NCBI RefSeq assembly: GCF_030028105.1
Contig: NC_092383.1
Coordinates: 86,757,921 to 86,821,920, forward strand
Length of the DNA stretch: 64,000 nt
Direction: 5' to 3'
DNA from: Mobula birostris
Lineage: Eukaryota
A program made the position numbers and the translations under genes. Shown here one piece after another: positions 10,901-22,955 of the stretch (position 1 is the first letter of the stretch; each line of letters starts with the position of its first letter). Under the pieces are notes generated by a model, which was not told where the DNA came from, did no database searches, and saw nothing but the letters and a program-made list of their open reading frames with translations.

Positions 10901-13051
10901 ACTTAATTCCTCCAACCCCACATAAACACTAGTCCAGAGAGCAATGAGTTTTTTTTCTGATCACCAAAGATTATCTTTCTCAGTTCTATATTCATTTGTT
11001 ATGTGCCATGTTGTATGACATGCACGATCACGGTCTTTCCATAACCATGATTGTTCTTGGCAAATTTTTCTCCTGAAGTAGTCTGCTATTGATTTCTGCT
11101 GGGCAGTGCCTTTATAAGATGGCTGACCCAGCCATTATCAATTACGCTTCAAAAATTATCTGGCTGGTGTAAGTGGTCGCATTACCAGGACTTGTGATAT
11201 GCACCAGCTGCTCATACAACTATCCACCACCTGCACCCATGGCTCCACGTGACCCTGATTGGTGGGGGTGGTGTGGGGCGAAGCATGTTCTTTATCTGGC
11301 CCATGGTGATCTGCAGGCAAGCGGTGGGCTGGAATACTTTATAGCTGCTTTGGTAGAGACATATTTCCACCCTGGCACCCTAAGTTATCCATCTTAAGTT
11401 TTCTGAAGCAACAACCACAAAATGCTGGAGAAAATCAGCAGACCAGGCAGCTTCTATGGAAAAGAGTCAACAGTTGATGTTTTAGGGAGAGACCCTTTAT
11501 CAGGACTGGCAAGAAAGAGGAGAAGTCAGAGTAAGAAGGTGGGGAAAGAGGAGGAAAATGTACAAGGTGGTAGGTGATAGGTGTAACAGAGTGAGGGGAA
11601 GGAGGGGAAGGGTAAAGAGTTGGGAAATTGATTGATGAAAGAGATAAAGGGCTGGAGAAGGTGGAATCTGATAGGAAAGGGCAGAAGACCATGGAAGAAA
11701 TGGAAGGGGAAGGAGCACCAGTGGGAGGTAATGGATAGGTAAGGAGATAAGGTGAGAGATAGAAACAGGAATGGTGAAATGTGAAGTGGGGGAGGGCAAT
11801 ATCCAGAAGTTTGAGAAATCAATGTTCGTGCCATCAGGTTGGAAGCTACCTGTTCAGAATATAAGGTGTTGCTCCTCCAACCAGAGTGTGGCCTCATCAC
11901 AACAATAGAGGAAGGAGGCTGTGGACTGACATGTCCCAATGGGAAAGGGAAGTAGAACTGAAATGGGTGGACACTGGGAGATCCAATGTTCTCTGGGGGA
12001 CGGAGCATAGGTGCTCTGCGAAGCAGTCTTCCAATCTACGTCAGGTCTCACTGATATACATGAGGTGACACCGGGAGCACCGGACACAGTGAATGACCCC
12101 CAACAAACTCACAGGTGAAGTGTCACCTCAGCTGCTGGGACTGTTTGGGGCCCTGAATGGTAGTGAGGGCAGGGTGTAGGGGCAGGTGTGGCACTTGCTT
12201 GTGATTCTAATTTGTCTGCATGATTTCATGTCCCTTCTCCCTTTCGCCATCAGTCACACGTCATTTATTATCTTTCACATCTATCCGCATGGATTCTATC
12301 ACTGCCTTCCCTACGGCAGTGTCCGCTTCCTTCAATTGTATTTCTTTATCATTGTCGCACCTCTGCACTTCACTATTTCCTTCTCTTCCTTTCCAAAATT
12401 TATTTTCACTTTGCAATTTCTGATTTACAGTCCTCATTTTTGTGCAGTCATGTCCCAGTAATGAGGTCTGTAACTGATGATCAGAGGTTATTTTATCATT
12501 CACTCTGTCGAACACTCATTTCGCCTCCTGCTTGAACTCCCCTGGCTCAGCTGCTTTACCTCACTCCACTCCACTGAGATTACAGCAGAAACACAAAGCC
12601 ACCTCATTTCCTCGCACTGATTCTATATCTCTTCCCCTTTGCTCAGTTTCATGATATGGAAGGTGGGTCGTTGGGTGCTCTTCGCTCTCCTGATGATCAG
12701 CACGATTTCAGTCATGTGGTTCACAAGAGAAACGAAGGTAGGCTTATGGACATCAGTGAAATCGCTTTCAAATATACTGTCCATTTGAGGAAAAACATTT
12801 AAATACATGAGTCTCTTCTTATCCTATGGTAAAACCATACTTTATGCAAATGAGATGGCTCAGCTTTGACATGGTCTCTTGTGTGTAGAATGACTGATGT
12901 ATGTATGGAATGCTACTTTCAGACAGAATTCCATTGTGAGTGGCCATCTAAACTAAAGCATTGTTGAAGAATCTGATGAGTTGACCATTGCCTTTTGCAG
13001 AGACGTGATGAATCTGATCTTTTCAGCCTGATGGTCCAGGAGGTAAAGTGA
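7586..13051 (+). CDS. Gene A (5'-partial): CD300/pIgR/MDIR-like activating-type Ig receptor; exons 7586-7906 (V), 9074-9394 (C2), 10523-10568 (stalk), 12647-12737 (TM), 13001-13051 (cytoplasmic, stop)
   Basis: All five exons have AG/GT boundaries and join in frame (phases 1,1,2,0): ...SGALWAEDKVRG...VSD-K-PVSVP...LSHG-G-REYSCETFTTASTA-S-FMIWKVGRWVLFALLMISTISVMWFTRETK-RRDESDLFSLMVQEVK*. No family-type leader exon was found upstream within the window. Confidence 0.85.
9074..9394 (+). CDS. Gene A exon: C2-type Ig domain
   Basis: ttttccgcag|AA CCC GTA... to GGG G|gtaagt; 321 nt, phase 1-1; PVSVP, SCES, IQYSWY, YYCKATN motifs. Confidence 0.92.
10523..10568 (+). CDS. Gene A exon: short stalk (GREYSCETFTTASTA)
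   Basis: Polypyrimidine tract ttttctttccttgtttcaacag|; ends GCA AG|gtaaac; phase 1->2, exactly what is needed to link the C2 exon to the phase-2 TM exon. Confidence 0.75.
11415..12200 (-). mobile_element. Penelope-like element 3' part (GIY-YIG endonuclease remnant)
   Basis: The minus strand encodes a degenerate '...DEATLWLEEQHLIF..GS.QPDG.NID' GIY-YIG C-terminus followed by a CT-rich tail; shorter tail copies at ~19640-19740, ~51600-51965 and ~61840-62285. Confidence 0.7.
12647..12737 (+). CDS. Gene A exon: transmembrane segment with charged Arg (FMIWKVGRWVLFALLMISTISVMWFTRETK)
   Basis: ccctttgctcag|T TTC ATG... AAG|gtaggc; hydrophobic helix with CGT (Arg) at 12669-12671. Confidence 0.82.
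13001..13051 (+). CDS. Gene A terminal exon: short cytoplasmic tail RRDESDLFSLMVQEVK*
   Basis: ccttttgcag| phase-0 acceptor; TGA at 13049-13051; ATTAAA at 13134-13139 is a candidate poly(A) signal. An internal donor (GAG|gtaaag, 13043) cannot be excluded. Confidence 0.65.
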   Translation, partial: RRDESDLFSLMVQEVK

Positions 13052-14769
13052 AGACTCCCAAATTACACTGACTGTGCTGGAATTTTACATCAAGTTCGAA
13101 CATTCATTCTTCGGCACACCTTGTGCAGTGAGAATTAAAATGAAAACCGAACAAGATAATGTTGCCATCCTTCAAGTCAATGACTTTAATTTTTGATTTC
13201 CTTCTCAAAATGTTGCCCTCATTGATATCAATATTATGGCAGATTTATTTCTGCAGATGCCAACTGATCTGCTGGGTATTTCAATTATCTGCTGCTTTCA
13301 TTTCAATAGGTACATATAGAGAGCTCGAGTTTCATAGCCATTCAACCATACCTGAATATGCATGAATATAGCCAAATGAAAGAGTGTTACTCTGGGGCCA
13401 AGGTGCAAAACACAGTACCAACAGTCACACACAGCACAAAGCACTATAATACATGTAAACTAACAAACATGTTTCTCTATCAGTAAAATACAGTCACACA
13501 AGACCCTAAGTCCCATGAATGTTGCAAAAATCTGCGGTCAAACAAAAAATGGCTTGTCTTCTGCTGAGTGAACACTGGGAGGCAGCACTGTCTCCAGTTT
13601 GGATGCTGTGCCACACTGCCTCCAGTGGAGGGCACCAACTCTGATGCCTCTCTCATGGGTGGCTGTAAACAGACAACACAGCTTGGGGCCAAGTCCTTGC
13701 TATGACTAAGGCTACACAGCTGTCCTGCCATCGGCCTATAAATCAGTGATACTGACCTGCAGCATTACACATTACCAGTCCCCAGCAGTGTTGTGCAACC
13801 TCAAGAAAAGCGAATAAGACAATCACTCACCGCTAGACTTTGCACACCAATGCCTCTCTGTTGCATGCAGCATCACCGTCCGCACCAGATCTGGCTCCTT
13901 CAGTCTCTCCACCAACGAGCAACTCGCAAATGGGTTAGACCAGCAGTACTTTCAGTTCTTAATGCTCAGCAGGTTCTTGCGACCCTGTTGGAGCTGCGGC
14001 AATCAAACGCGCCACTATCTTATTTTGCTTTTGTGTGTTCAGAAATATTGATACATAGTGATTGCTGTGATGAATTATTCAATATGGGTACTTTTGATGT
14101 AACTGTACAAAAGTGATAAAGGACAAAGAGCAATAGAAAGTAATATAGGAAACTGAATAAAATGAGTGATGCACAACTTTTTGCATCTTGTATCAGTCAT
14201 CGGGGTGTGTGTATCTCAAAGCTGATCTGTGACTGTAACCCAAGATTGTACAATAAATCATCCTATTTGAAAATGACAGAAGCGGAGCTCTGTTGTTGTA
14301 ATCATGAAGTTAGAAAACATAGATTACTCACTCCTAATCAGGTACAAATGATCAGGTGTCATAACATCCTTCATTTGATATGTGAGAAAGTGATGCAATA
14401 TGACCAGAGTCTGGTTCGAGTTCATAATCTCTTCAGGTCACGGTTATCTCATGAGTGTTGATTAGCCACAGATATTTCCAGACGCAGTTGCCCCACTGAT
14501 GGATCCAGACCTCTTAAACCTGAGCTTGTGAATGCTCTGAGGGAAGGAATGCTTAAAATGCAGCCTGACCCTGTCATGGGACATCACAAAGCACTTCAGA
14601 AACACGGAGTGGAAAACATTGCAATATTCCACTGTTCAGTTTACAAGATTGGTGTTTGGTTCCAGCAAATATGATTAAACAGCATCTTCACTCATTTCAC
14701 CAAATTGTTGTAAGGTGTTGATGCTCTAATCCAGCTGCAGAAACACAGGAAGTGTTTCATATCTCAGAA

Positions 14770-16960
14770 TCAGGTTTGTTATCACCGGCATGTGTTGTGA
14801 AATTTGTTAATTTAGCAATACATGGTAATATAGAAGTTTTAAAAAATACATCAATTACAGTAAATATATATGTATATTGAATAAATTAAAAATATCCCAA
14901 AAACAGAAGCAATATATATTTTTTAAAAGTGAGGTAGTGTTCATGGGTTCAATGTGCATTTAGGAATCAGATGCAGAGGGGAAGAAGCTGTTCCTGAATC
15001 ACTGAGTGTGTACCTTCAGGCTTCTGTACCTCCTTCCTGACAGTAACAAGGAAAAGAGGGCATATCCTGGGTGATGGGGGTCCTTAATAACGGATGCCAA
15101 CTTTCTGAGGCTCCACTCCTTGAAGACATCTTGGATACTATGGAGGCTAGTATCCAAGATGGAGCTGACTTATTTTACAACTTTCTGTAGCTTCTTTCAG
15201 TCCTGTTCAGTAGCCCTCCCCTATCCTCCATACCAGCCTGTCACAATGCTTTCCATAGTACATCTATAGAAGTTTTTGAGTGGTTTAGATGAGAAGCCAA
15301 ATATCTTCGGTCTTCCAATGAAATATAGCCACTGTCTTGCCTTCTTTATAGCTGCATCAATATGTTGGGACCTGCTTAGATTCTCAGAGATCTTGACACC
15401 CAGGAACTTGAAACCGCTTACTCTCTGTACTTCTGATCCCTCTACGAGGATTGGTATGTGCTCCTTCATCTTACCTTTCCTGAAGTCCACAATCAGCTGT
15501 TTCATCTTACTGACGTTGAGTGCAAGGTTGTTATTATGATACCACTCCACTAGGTCTCGGTCCTGTACGTCCTCTCTTATCTATCTGAGACTCTACCAAC
15601 AATGGTTGCATCATCAGAAAATATATACCGGCATTTAAGCTATGCCTAGCCATACAGTCATAAATTAAGTATAGAGAGATTAGAGCAGTGGGCAAAGCAC
15701 ACACCCCTGAGGTGTTCCAGTGTTGATCATCAGCGAAGAGGAGATATTATTTCCAATCCACTCAGATTGTGGTCTTCAGTTAGGAAGCTGCAGATCCAAT
15801 TGCAGAGAGAGGTAGAGAGGCCCAGGATCCGAGTTTATAACCGAACTGTGGGAATGATGATGTTAAATGCTGAGCTATATTCAACAAACAGCATCTGACA
15901 TAGCAGTTTTTATTGTCCAGGTGATGTAAGACCGTGTGAAGAGCCATTGAGATTGAGTCTGCCATAGATCCATTGTGGTGACTGGCCAATTCTAGTGGGC
16001 CTTTGGTCCTTGGTGAGGCTGGAGTTGACTCTAGCCATGACCAACCTCTCAAAGTATTTCATCGCCATAGACGTGAGTGCAACTAGACGATAGTCATTAA
16101 GGCAGCTCATACTGGTCACAGGTATATAGTTGCCCTTTTGAAGCAGGTGGGGACTTCCGACCATAGCAGTGGTAGTTTGAAAATGTCCTTGAATATCCCA
16201 CCAGTCAGATGGCACAAATTTTCAGAGCCTCCCCAGGTACTCCATCGGGGCCTTCTGCCTTGCGAGAGTTCACTCTCCCGAAAGCAGCCTGACATCGGCC
16301 TCTGAGACAGTGATCACAGGGTCCCCTGGTGCCGCAGGGATCTTCACAGCTGTAGTAATATTCTTCCTTTCAAAGGGGGCATAGAAGGCATTGAGCTCAT
16401 CTGGTAGTAATGTAGGAAGCAATGTCCCGCAAACCCTGCCAGAGTTGACGTGTATCCGATGCCACCTCCAACCATGCTCAGAATTGTATCTTCGCTCTTG
16501 AAATAGCCCTCCGCAAGTCATACCTGATTTTCTTGTGCAGGCCTGGGTCGCCAGATTTAAATGCCACAGACTAGCCCTCAGCAGATAATGTGCCTCCTGG
16601 TTCATCCGCAGCATTTGGTTTGGGAATGTACAACCAGTTCTCGTAGACAAACACTCATCCACACAGGTTTTAATGAAGTTGGTAACAACTGCAGCACACT
16701 CGTCCAGATTCGAAAGTGAATCCCTGAATACAGTCAATCTGAATCGCTGCGTCTGGAATGGAAGGGGTTAACCAGGATTCTATGAAACAAATGATTCAAG
16801 CAGTCCTAATGTCCCTTCTGATACTTCACCGTAGTTCTGAGATCTTCAATTTTATTTACTAGATACTGTACGATTCCCAGCAAGATAGTCGGTACTGGGA
16901 GTTGAAATCCCCATTTTCTTAAATGCACCCACATCCCTGATCGGCAGCCACGTTTCTTTG
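14770..16960 (-). mobile_element. Rex1/Babar-like LINE remnants (at least two pieces)
   Basis: ORFs 15221..15550, 15910..16215 and 16270..16737 (EWYHNNNLALNVSKMK, LNDYRLVALTSMAMKYFERLV). Confidence 0.75.
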
Positions 16961-17056
16961 AGGAGTCAGAGAACCACACAGCATGAACTGAATAGATCAC
17001 ATTTCAATTAATATCTAACAATTTGACCAGGTGAACAATCATACGGCAGATTTATA

Positions 17057-17612
17057 AACCCAAGAGATTCTGCAGATGCTGGAAATCCAGAAAAACACAC
17101 ACAAAATGCTGGATGAGTTCAGCTGGTCAGGCAGCATCTATGGAAAGGAATAAGCAACTGATGTTTCAGGCTGAGACCCTTCATCAGGACTGGATTATGA
17201 GGACATGTTGTGGAACATTGTGAAAAGAATACAACCTCACCCCTTCTTCTTCTTCTATTCCCCACTCTGGCTTCTTACCTCTTCTCAGATGCCTTTCACC
17301 TCCACCTAGATTCCCTCCCCCTTCCCCTTCTCCTATGGCCCACTCTCGTCCCCTATCAGATTCCATTCTGTCCAGCCCTTAATTTATCCTACCCACCTGG
17401 TGTCACCTATCACCTTTGAAATATTCTCTTTTCCCTCCCCCCATATTTTTTTATTCTGGGGTCTTCCCCTTTCCTGCCCAGTCCCGTAGAAGGTTCACAG
17501 CTGGAAATATCGGCTGTTTATTCATTTCCATAGATGCTGCCTGACCTGCTGAGTTCCTCCAACTATGTTGTTTATGTTACCTCGGAATTCCAGTATCTGC
17601 ATAATTTCTTGT
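17057..17612. repeat. Inverted pair of Penelope-type tails (~130-bp imperfect terminal inverted arms)
   Basis: Left arm gattctgcagatgctggaaatccag...aaaatgctggatgagttcagc is the reverse complement of right arm gctgagttcctccaa...ggaattccagtatctgcataatttc; the same architecture occurs at ~26205-26620. Confidence 0.6.
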
Positions 17613-18484
17613 TGTAATACTGAACATTGTGGAATTGGAAATTTCCATTAGCTGAGAAGGTGAGTGAGGGTGTGCTGGGTTAGAGGTGAGAGAGAACATA
17701 GGGGGCAATAGATACTGTACGTGTAACCTGTCCAAATTCTGTCCTGTATCATTCTATGAGAAATACTTAAGCGACTCACACAGACCACTTGCTGTCAAAA
17801 TGGATTTGATTTGACTCAAGGACAGAGCTGACATGGATTTTACCACCGTGATAATGTGTAATGTGTAATTCGATCGACTATTTCACCCCAATACTGAACC
17901 GAAGTAAAGTGAAATCCCATCGTAGCTTTTGAAATTACACTGATCAATACAATGTATTTCAGAAGAGGTGAGTTTAAAAGTTGCCTCAAAAGATCTGACA
18001 CAGTGTTCAATGCAAATGAAGCCATGTATTGCATGCTGAGTTTGTTGCATGAAAGGCCCCTTCTACGTCATGTCTGCTCCCTGCATTGCCCTCGAGAGGC
18101 AGGTTCTCCAAAACAGATTTGACTGAATTATCACCAAGGCAGATCCAGAAGGATATGCAAATCTTGGAGTGCAGGTCCATAACACTGTGAAGGTGGCAAC
18201 ATAGACAGATGTAATTTTGGTGGTAAAGCAACCTTCAGTCAGGACATTAACCAAAAAAGTTATGAATGCATGTAACAGCTGTATAAAACTTTGCTTAAGA
18301 CACATTTGGAGTATGTGCATAGTTCTGGTAGCTACATAATGGGAAAGGTGCAAACCTTTCAGGGGAGCAACTGAAGAAAAGGTTTGCTTGCTTATTTCCT
18401 GGATGAGAGCATGTAAGTTGCATGCAGAAGTTGTATAAACAAGGATTGTTTTCTCTGGAGACTGATCAATAGGAATTTTTTTTA

Positions 18485-18610
18485 TTTTGTGAAATATAAC
18501 TATGAGTTTTTCATATTGTCACATATCACACTTCATTTGGTTTGCTATGGTTTCAAAATTGGACTTCCTGCTCCTTCCTTCCTTATTTTGATCTGACAGT
18601 TATTTTCACA
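18485..18610 (+). promoter_or_regulatory. Degenerate duplicate of the gene B proximal promoter (ETS site kept, RUNX sites mutated)
   Basis: aaatataactatgagtttttcatattgtcacatatcaca...ggacttcctg...acagttatt aligns with 28110-28225; ACTTCCTG at 18563-18570. Confidence 0.65.
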
Positions 18611-18863
18611 ATGTCCACTCTCTTATTTACACAATGATCCCTCTCCACTCAGATTCTATGTAGGGTCTTGACCCAAACCTTCGACAGTTCTCTTCCCCCT
18701 GACAGACGCTGCATGGCCTGCTGAGTTCCTGTGGGAGTTTTCTCTGAATTCCAGTTTCCAGCATCTTTGGTGTCTACAAATAATCACGCACTTTTCTGGA
18801 AATGATGCATGACCCCCAAACTGAAATGGATTATGAAAATCTCCCATACCGGTTGTCACTCAC

Positions 18864-18900
18864 TGGGTAGGAAATGAATTAGAAGAATCAAAATCCACAT
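18864..18900 (-). pseudogene. Inverted orphan leader exon MWILILLIHFLP(I), paralogous to the gene B leader
   Basis: The minus strand reads aaaacaATG TGG ATT TTG ATT CTT CTA ATT CAT TTC CTA CCC A|gtgagt. It aligns codon for codon with gene B ATG TGG TCT TCG ATT ATT CTG ATT GGT TTC CTA CCT G|gtgagt, and the flanking intron sequence is also homologous. No Ig exons lie downstream of it on the - strand in this window. Confidence 0.85.
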
Positions 18901-18944
18901 TGTTTTATTTGCAGATACCAGGTCAGCACTGGTCTGTTCACAGC

Positions 18945-20830
18945 GTTCTGAATGAGGTAGCTGAAGAGATTGTGGAAGCATTAGCAGTGATCTTCCAAAC
19001 GTGGTTCCAGAGGACTGAAAAAATACAAATGTCAGGCATCATTAAGAAAGGAGGGAGACAAAAGTGGGATATTATAGGCAAATTACTGACTTCAGTGGTT
19101 GGTAAGATGTTAGAATCTATTATTAAGGCCTGGATGGTGGTTCATAAATGATAGGTGCTGTTTTTGCTGCGACAATGCTCCTTGTAAGTGTGCTCAACAG
19201 TGAGGCGGGGGGGGGGAGGGGGCTTATCTGCGATGAACTGGGCTGTATCCACCACCTTTTGTAGGTTTTTCTGTTCAAGGGCATTGGTGTTTTTATACCA
19301 TGCCATGATGCAACCAGTAAGAATGCTCTCCACAGTGCATCTATAGATCTTTGTAAAAGTTTTAGATGGCTTTTTGTTCTTTGCAAACTTCCAAGGAAAT
19401 AAGGCACTGTCATGCCTTCTTTGTAATGGCAGTTAAGTGCTGGACCCAGGGCAGATCCAAAGAGGTTAATGTTACTGACTCTTCCCACCTCTGGATCCCC
19501 TGATGAGGACTGGCTCATGGACCTCTGGCTTCCTCCTCCATGGTCAATAATCGGCTCTTTGGTTTTGCTGATGCTGAGTGAGAGGTGGTAGTTGTGACAC
19601 CATTCAGTCAGATTTTCAATCATCCTCCAACATGCTGATTGAAGACATACAAATGCTGAAGGAACTCGACAATACAGGCAGCATCTATATAAAAGAATAA
19701 GCAGTTGATATTTCAGGCTGAGACCCTTCATTGAACCCATTTTCAGGTCAGGGACCCCTCCTCAGATCTGGATAAAAAGTGGAAGACTGTCAGTTTAGAA
19801 AGCAGATCTTGTCAGAGGAAAGATGTGTAAGTTAAAAGACGATACAGTTCTGTCTCAGGTGATGAAACCCTGATTTATGGACACTTCTACATATGAACAA
19901 GACTCTGTAATATTACTTAATTCAAAAGTCCAATGTATGTCTATGTACATATATCTACTCATGACATGAAGATTGTCGATGTTGTGGATGGCACAGACGG
20001 TTGTTGAATGTTACGACAGGATAAAGACAGGATGCAGTGCTGGGTGGAGAAGTGGTAGATGGAGGTTAACACCGCAAAATGTGAAGTGATACATTTTGGA
20101 TGATCAAACTTGAAGGTTAATGGCAGGATTCTTAATAATGAGGAGGAATCGAGGGATATTGGGGCCCAAGTCTGTGGTAGATTCCTCCAATTTGCTGTGC
20201 AATTTGAAAGGTTGGAAAAGAAGGTGTATGAGGTGTTGGAATTCACTAGTCAAGGGGATTGAGTTCAAGAGATGCAAGGTAATGTTACAGCTCTATAAAC
20301 CTCTGGTAGGGTCACACTTGGAGTATTGTGCTCGGTTCTGATTGCTTCATTGTAAGGATGTTGTTGAAGTTTTAGGAACAGTGCAGAGGAGGTTTACCAG
20401 GATGCTGTCTGGATCAGAGAACATGTCTCATGAGGAAAAGTAAAAGTTGAGTCAGCCAGTGATTTTCTCTTTGGAGCAAATGAGGATGAGAGGTAAATTG
20501 GTAGAGAAGTGTAGAAGAGGAGTATAAGACATAGATTGAGTTGACAACCAGCACTTAATTCTCATCCATTTATGATGAGTGGAGGAAAGTTTAGGGGAGA
20601 TGTAAGAGGTAGAATTTTTTTTTACACAGAGTGGTGGGTCCCTGCAACACACTGCAGGCATGGTGGTAGAGGCTGATACAATAGGGATACTTAGAGGCTC
20701 TCAGGTGGGCAAATACATATATGTATGAAAATATAGGGTTATATGCTGTGTAGGATGAAAGGATTAGATTGATCATGGGATATAGATTAGCACAACACTG
20801 TGGGGTGAAGGGCCTGTACTGTGCTGTATG
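18945..20830. mobile_element. Mosaic of CR1 (+; ~18945-19130 and ~19960-20830) and Rex-like (-; ~19130-19640) fragments
   Basis: 'VLNEVAEEIVEAL', 'LQLYKPLVGSHLEYC' and 'MESILTGCIMAWY' motifs. Confidence 0.65.
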
Positions 20831-22429
20831 TTCTCCATTCTTACAAATAGCAGAACTAGTTTCCTTTCTCTCCTCTTTTCAGAATTACTCTTTATTGTCA
20901 GTTTTATATGCAGTTGATGCCTTTCATTACAATACCATGGAGGTATGGATATGATATTGAGTGATATTTGTTGTGCTTTCTGACATACGGGTAAAATTGG
21001 CCTGTAGGTATCTGCAAAAACAGAACCCATTCATTACTCAGGGATAGTCCGTATGGAGATTGATTAAGATTGATCTGATTAGTTGATAGGTGAAGCCCAG
21101 CCCACCAGTGAATACATCGGCAAAGGAATCCTGGCACAAGAAAGCAGAATCCATCATCAAGGACCCCCACCATCCAGACATGCTCTCTTCTTGGTGCTGC
21201 CAATGGAAAGGAGGTACAGGAGCCTCAGATCCCACACTACCAGGTTCAGCAACAATTCAGCCATCAGGCTCCTTAACCAGCATGGATTAATTCCTCTCAC
21301 TTCAACCCTGAAATGATCACTGAACACAACCTCTGAACTCACCTTCAAGGAATCTATAATTCATGTTCTCAGTTTTATATATTTATTTATTTATTGTATT
21401 TTCAGTTTGTCTTCCTTTACAGATTGTTTCTTTGTCCATATCTCTGTGTTAATCTTCATTGAATCTGTTGTATTTCTTTGTCCCACTGCGAACGCCAGCA
21501 AGGAAATGACTTTCTGGGTGGCATATGCTGACGTAATTGTATTTTGATAATAAATTTACCACGTACTTTTGGAACTTTGACAAGGTGCATGATTGCTGAC
21601 CTTTCAGAACACATTTTGTAGAAATGGAGTGAGAAAGAGACACAAGAATGAAAATTTCCAATCACTGTACAAAGGTCTTAAAGGAGAATGAGCAATGGAA
21701 ATACAAGTTGTGTGCTGAATAAAATGAGTGAGAGCTGCAAATTACTGCAGCTTGCTTTGGTCATCAGGGCATGAGTCTGCAAAGAGAAGGTATGACTTTT
21801 CTCAGTACTGATCTGTGACTGTAACCCATGAAAGTTCAATAAAGCATCTTATAAATGAGAGAAGGTGAACTGCATTATTGTTGTTATAATCAGTGTTGTC
21901 TATGGTGACAAATGCACTTTGCTGGTAGACGTAATTTGAATGTTGGACTTTGAAATGCACCATTCACAATTTGGGAATATCACATTATATCCTTCACCAG
22001 CTGTGTGAGGATGTGAAGCAGTAACACCAGAGTCTGTTTGGAGGTCTTGATCTCTTCAGGTCAGGTTTATCTGATGGGTGTTGATTAGCTGCAGATAATT
22101 CCGGATGCAGTGGTCCCACTTGTGAATTTGGGCCTGTTAAACCTGAGCTTGTTAAAGGTCTGAGGGAAGGAACTTGCTTTGTGTTTTTTCTACTGCAAAT
22201 CAACACGTTTCACATCAGAAGGCAGTGTAAATAAATCTGATTCAGATTTTGAAAACGACCCTTTCTCTGAACCAGATACCCTAAAGCAATTCTCAAAGGA
22301 CATGGTTCAAAATTCTGTGGCTCTTTACTTGACTTACAAAACAGAATTTAGGGAAGTTCCAATGGATGCCTGACGAAAACAAATTGTTCTATCATCTTCC
22401 TGCATTGCTCCATCATTTAAGACCAAAAG

Positions 22430-22955
22430 AACAAAAGAGATAGGAACAGAATTAGTCCATTTAGCCCATTCACTCTGCTCCACCGTTCCATAGAGACTGA
22501 TTTATCATCTCCCTCAACCACATTCGCATGTAACCTTTGGACAATCTCACCAGTCAAAAACCTATCAAACTCTGCTATAAACATACCCAATTACATGGCC
22601 CCCATAGCTGACTGTGGCAGTGAATTCCACAGATTCATCACCACCTGGCTAAAGAAATTCCTCCTCATCTCTCACTTAAAAGGACCTCTTTGTATTTTGA
22701 GGCTATACCCTCTGGTCTGAGACTCCCCCACACTCTATTGAAGTTCGAAGCTCTTCACTGTTCAAGAGGTTTCAATGAAATTTCCCCATCATTCTTCTGA
22801 ACTCCAGCAAGTACAGGCCCAGAGCCATCAAACAATTCTTACACATTAACCCTTTCATTCCTGGAGTCATTCTCATGAATCTCCTCTGGATCCTCTCCAG
22901 TTACAGAACATACTTTAATAGATAAGGGGCCCAAGATCGTTCACCATATTCCAGG
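22430..22955 (-). mobile_element. CR1 3' fragment (minus strand)
   Basis: Reverse complement of the CR1 3' ORF2/UTR (gaattccacagattcatcacc, aaagaaattcctcctcatctc). Confidence 0.7.

Noticed and set aside
12186-12461. ORF MWHLLVILICLHDF... resembling a signal peptide or membrane protein
   Set aside because: It starts at GTG within a Penelope end, runs through CT-rich low-complexity intron sequence, and has no fitting splice sites or paralog.
18115-18300. Coding-looking segment shared with 27066-27230 as a hidden exon
   Set aside because: It translates as a decayed CR1 RT fragment (NLGVQVHN..KVAT) predating the duplication.
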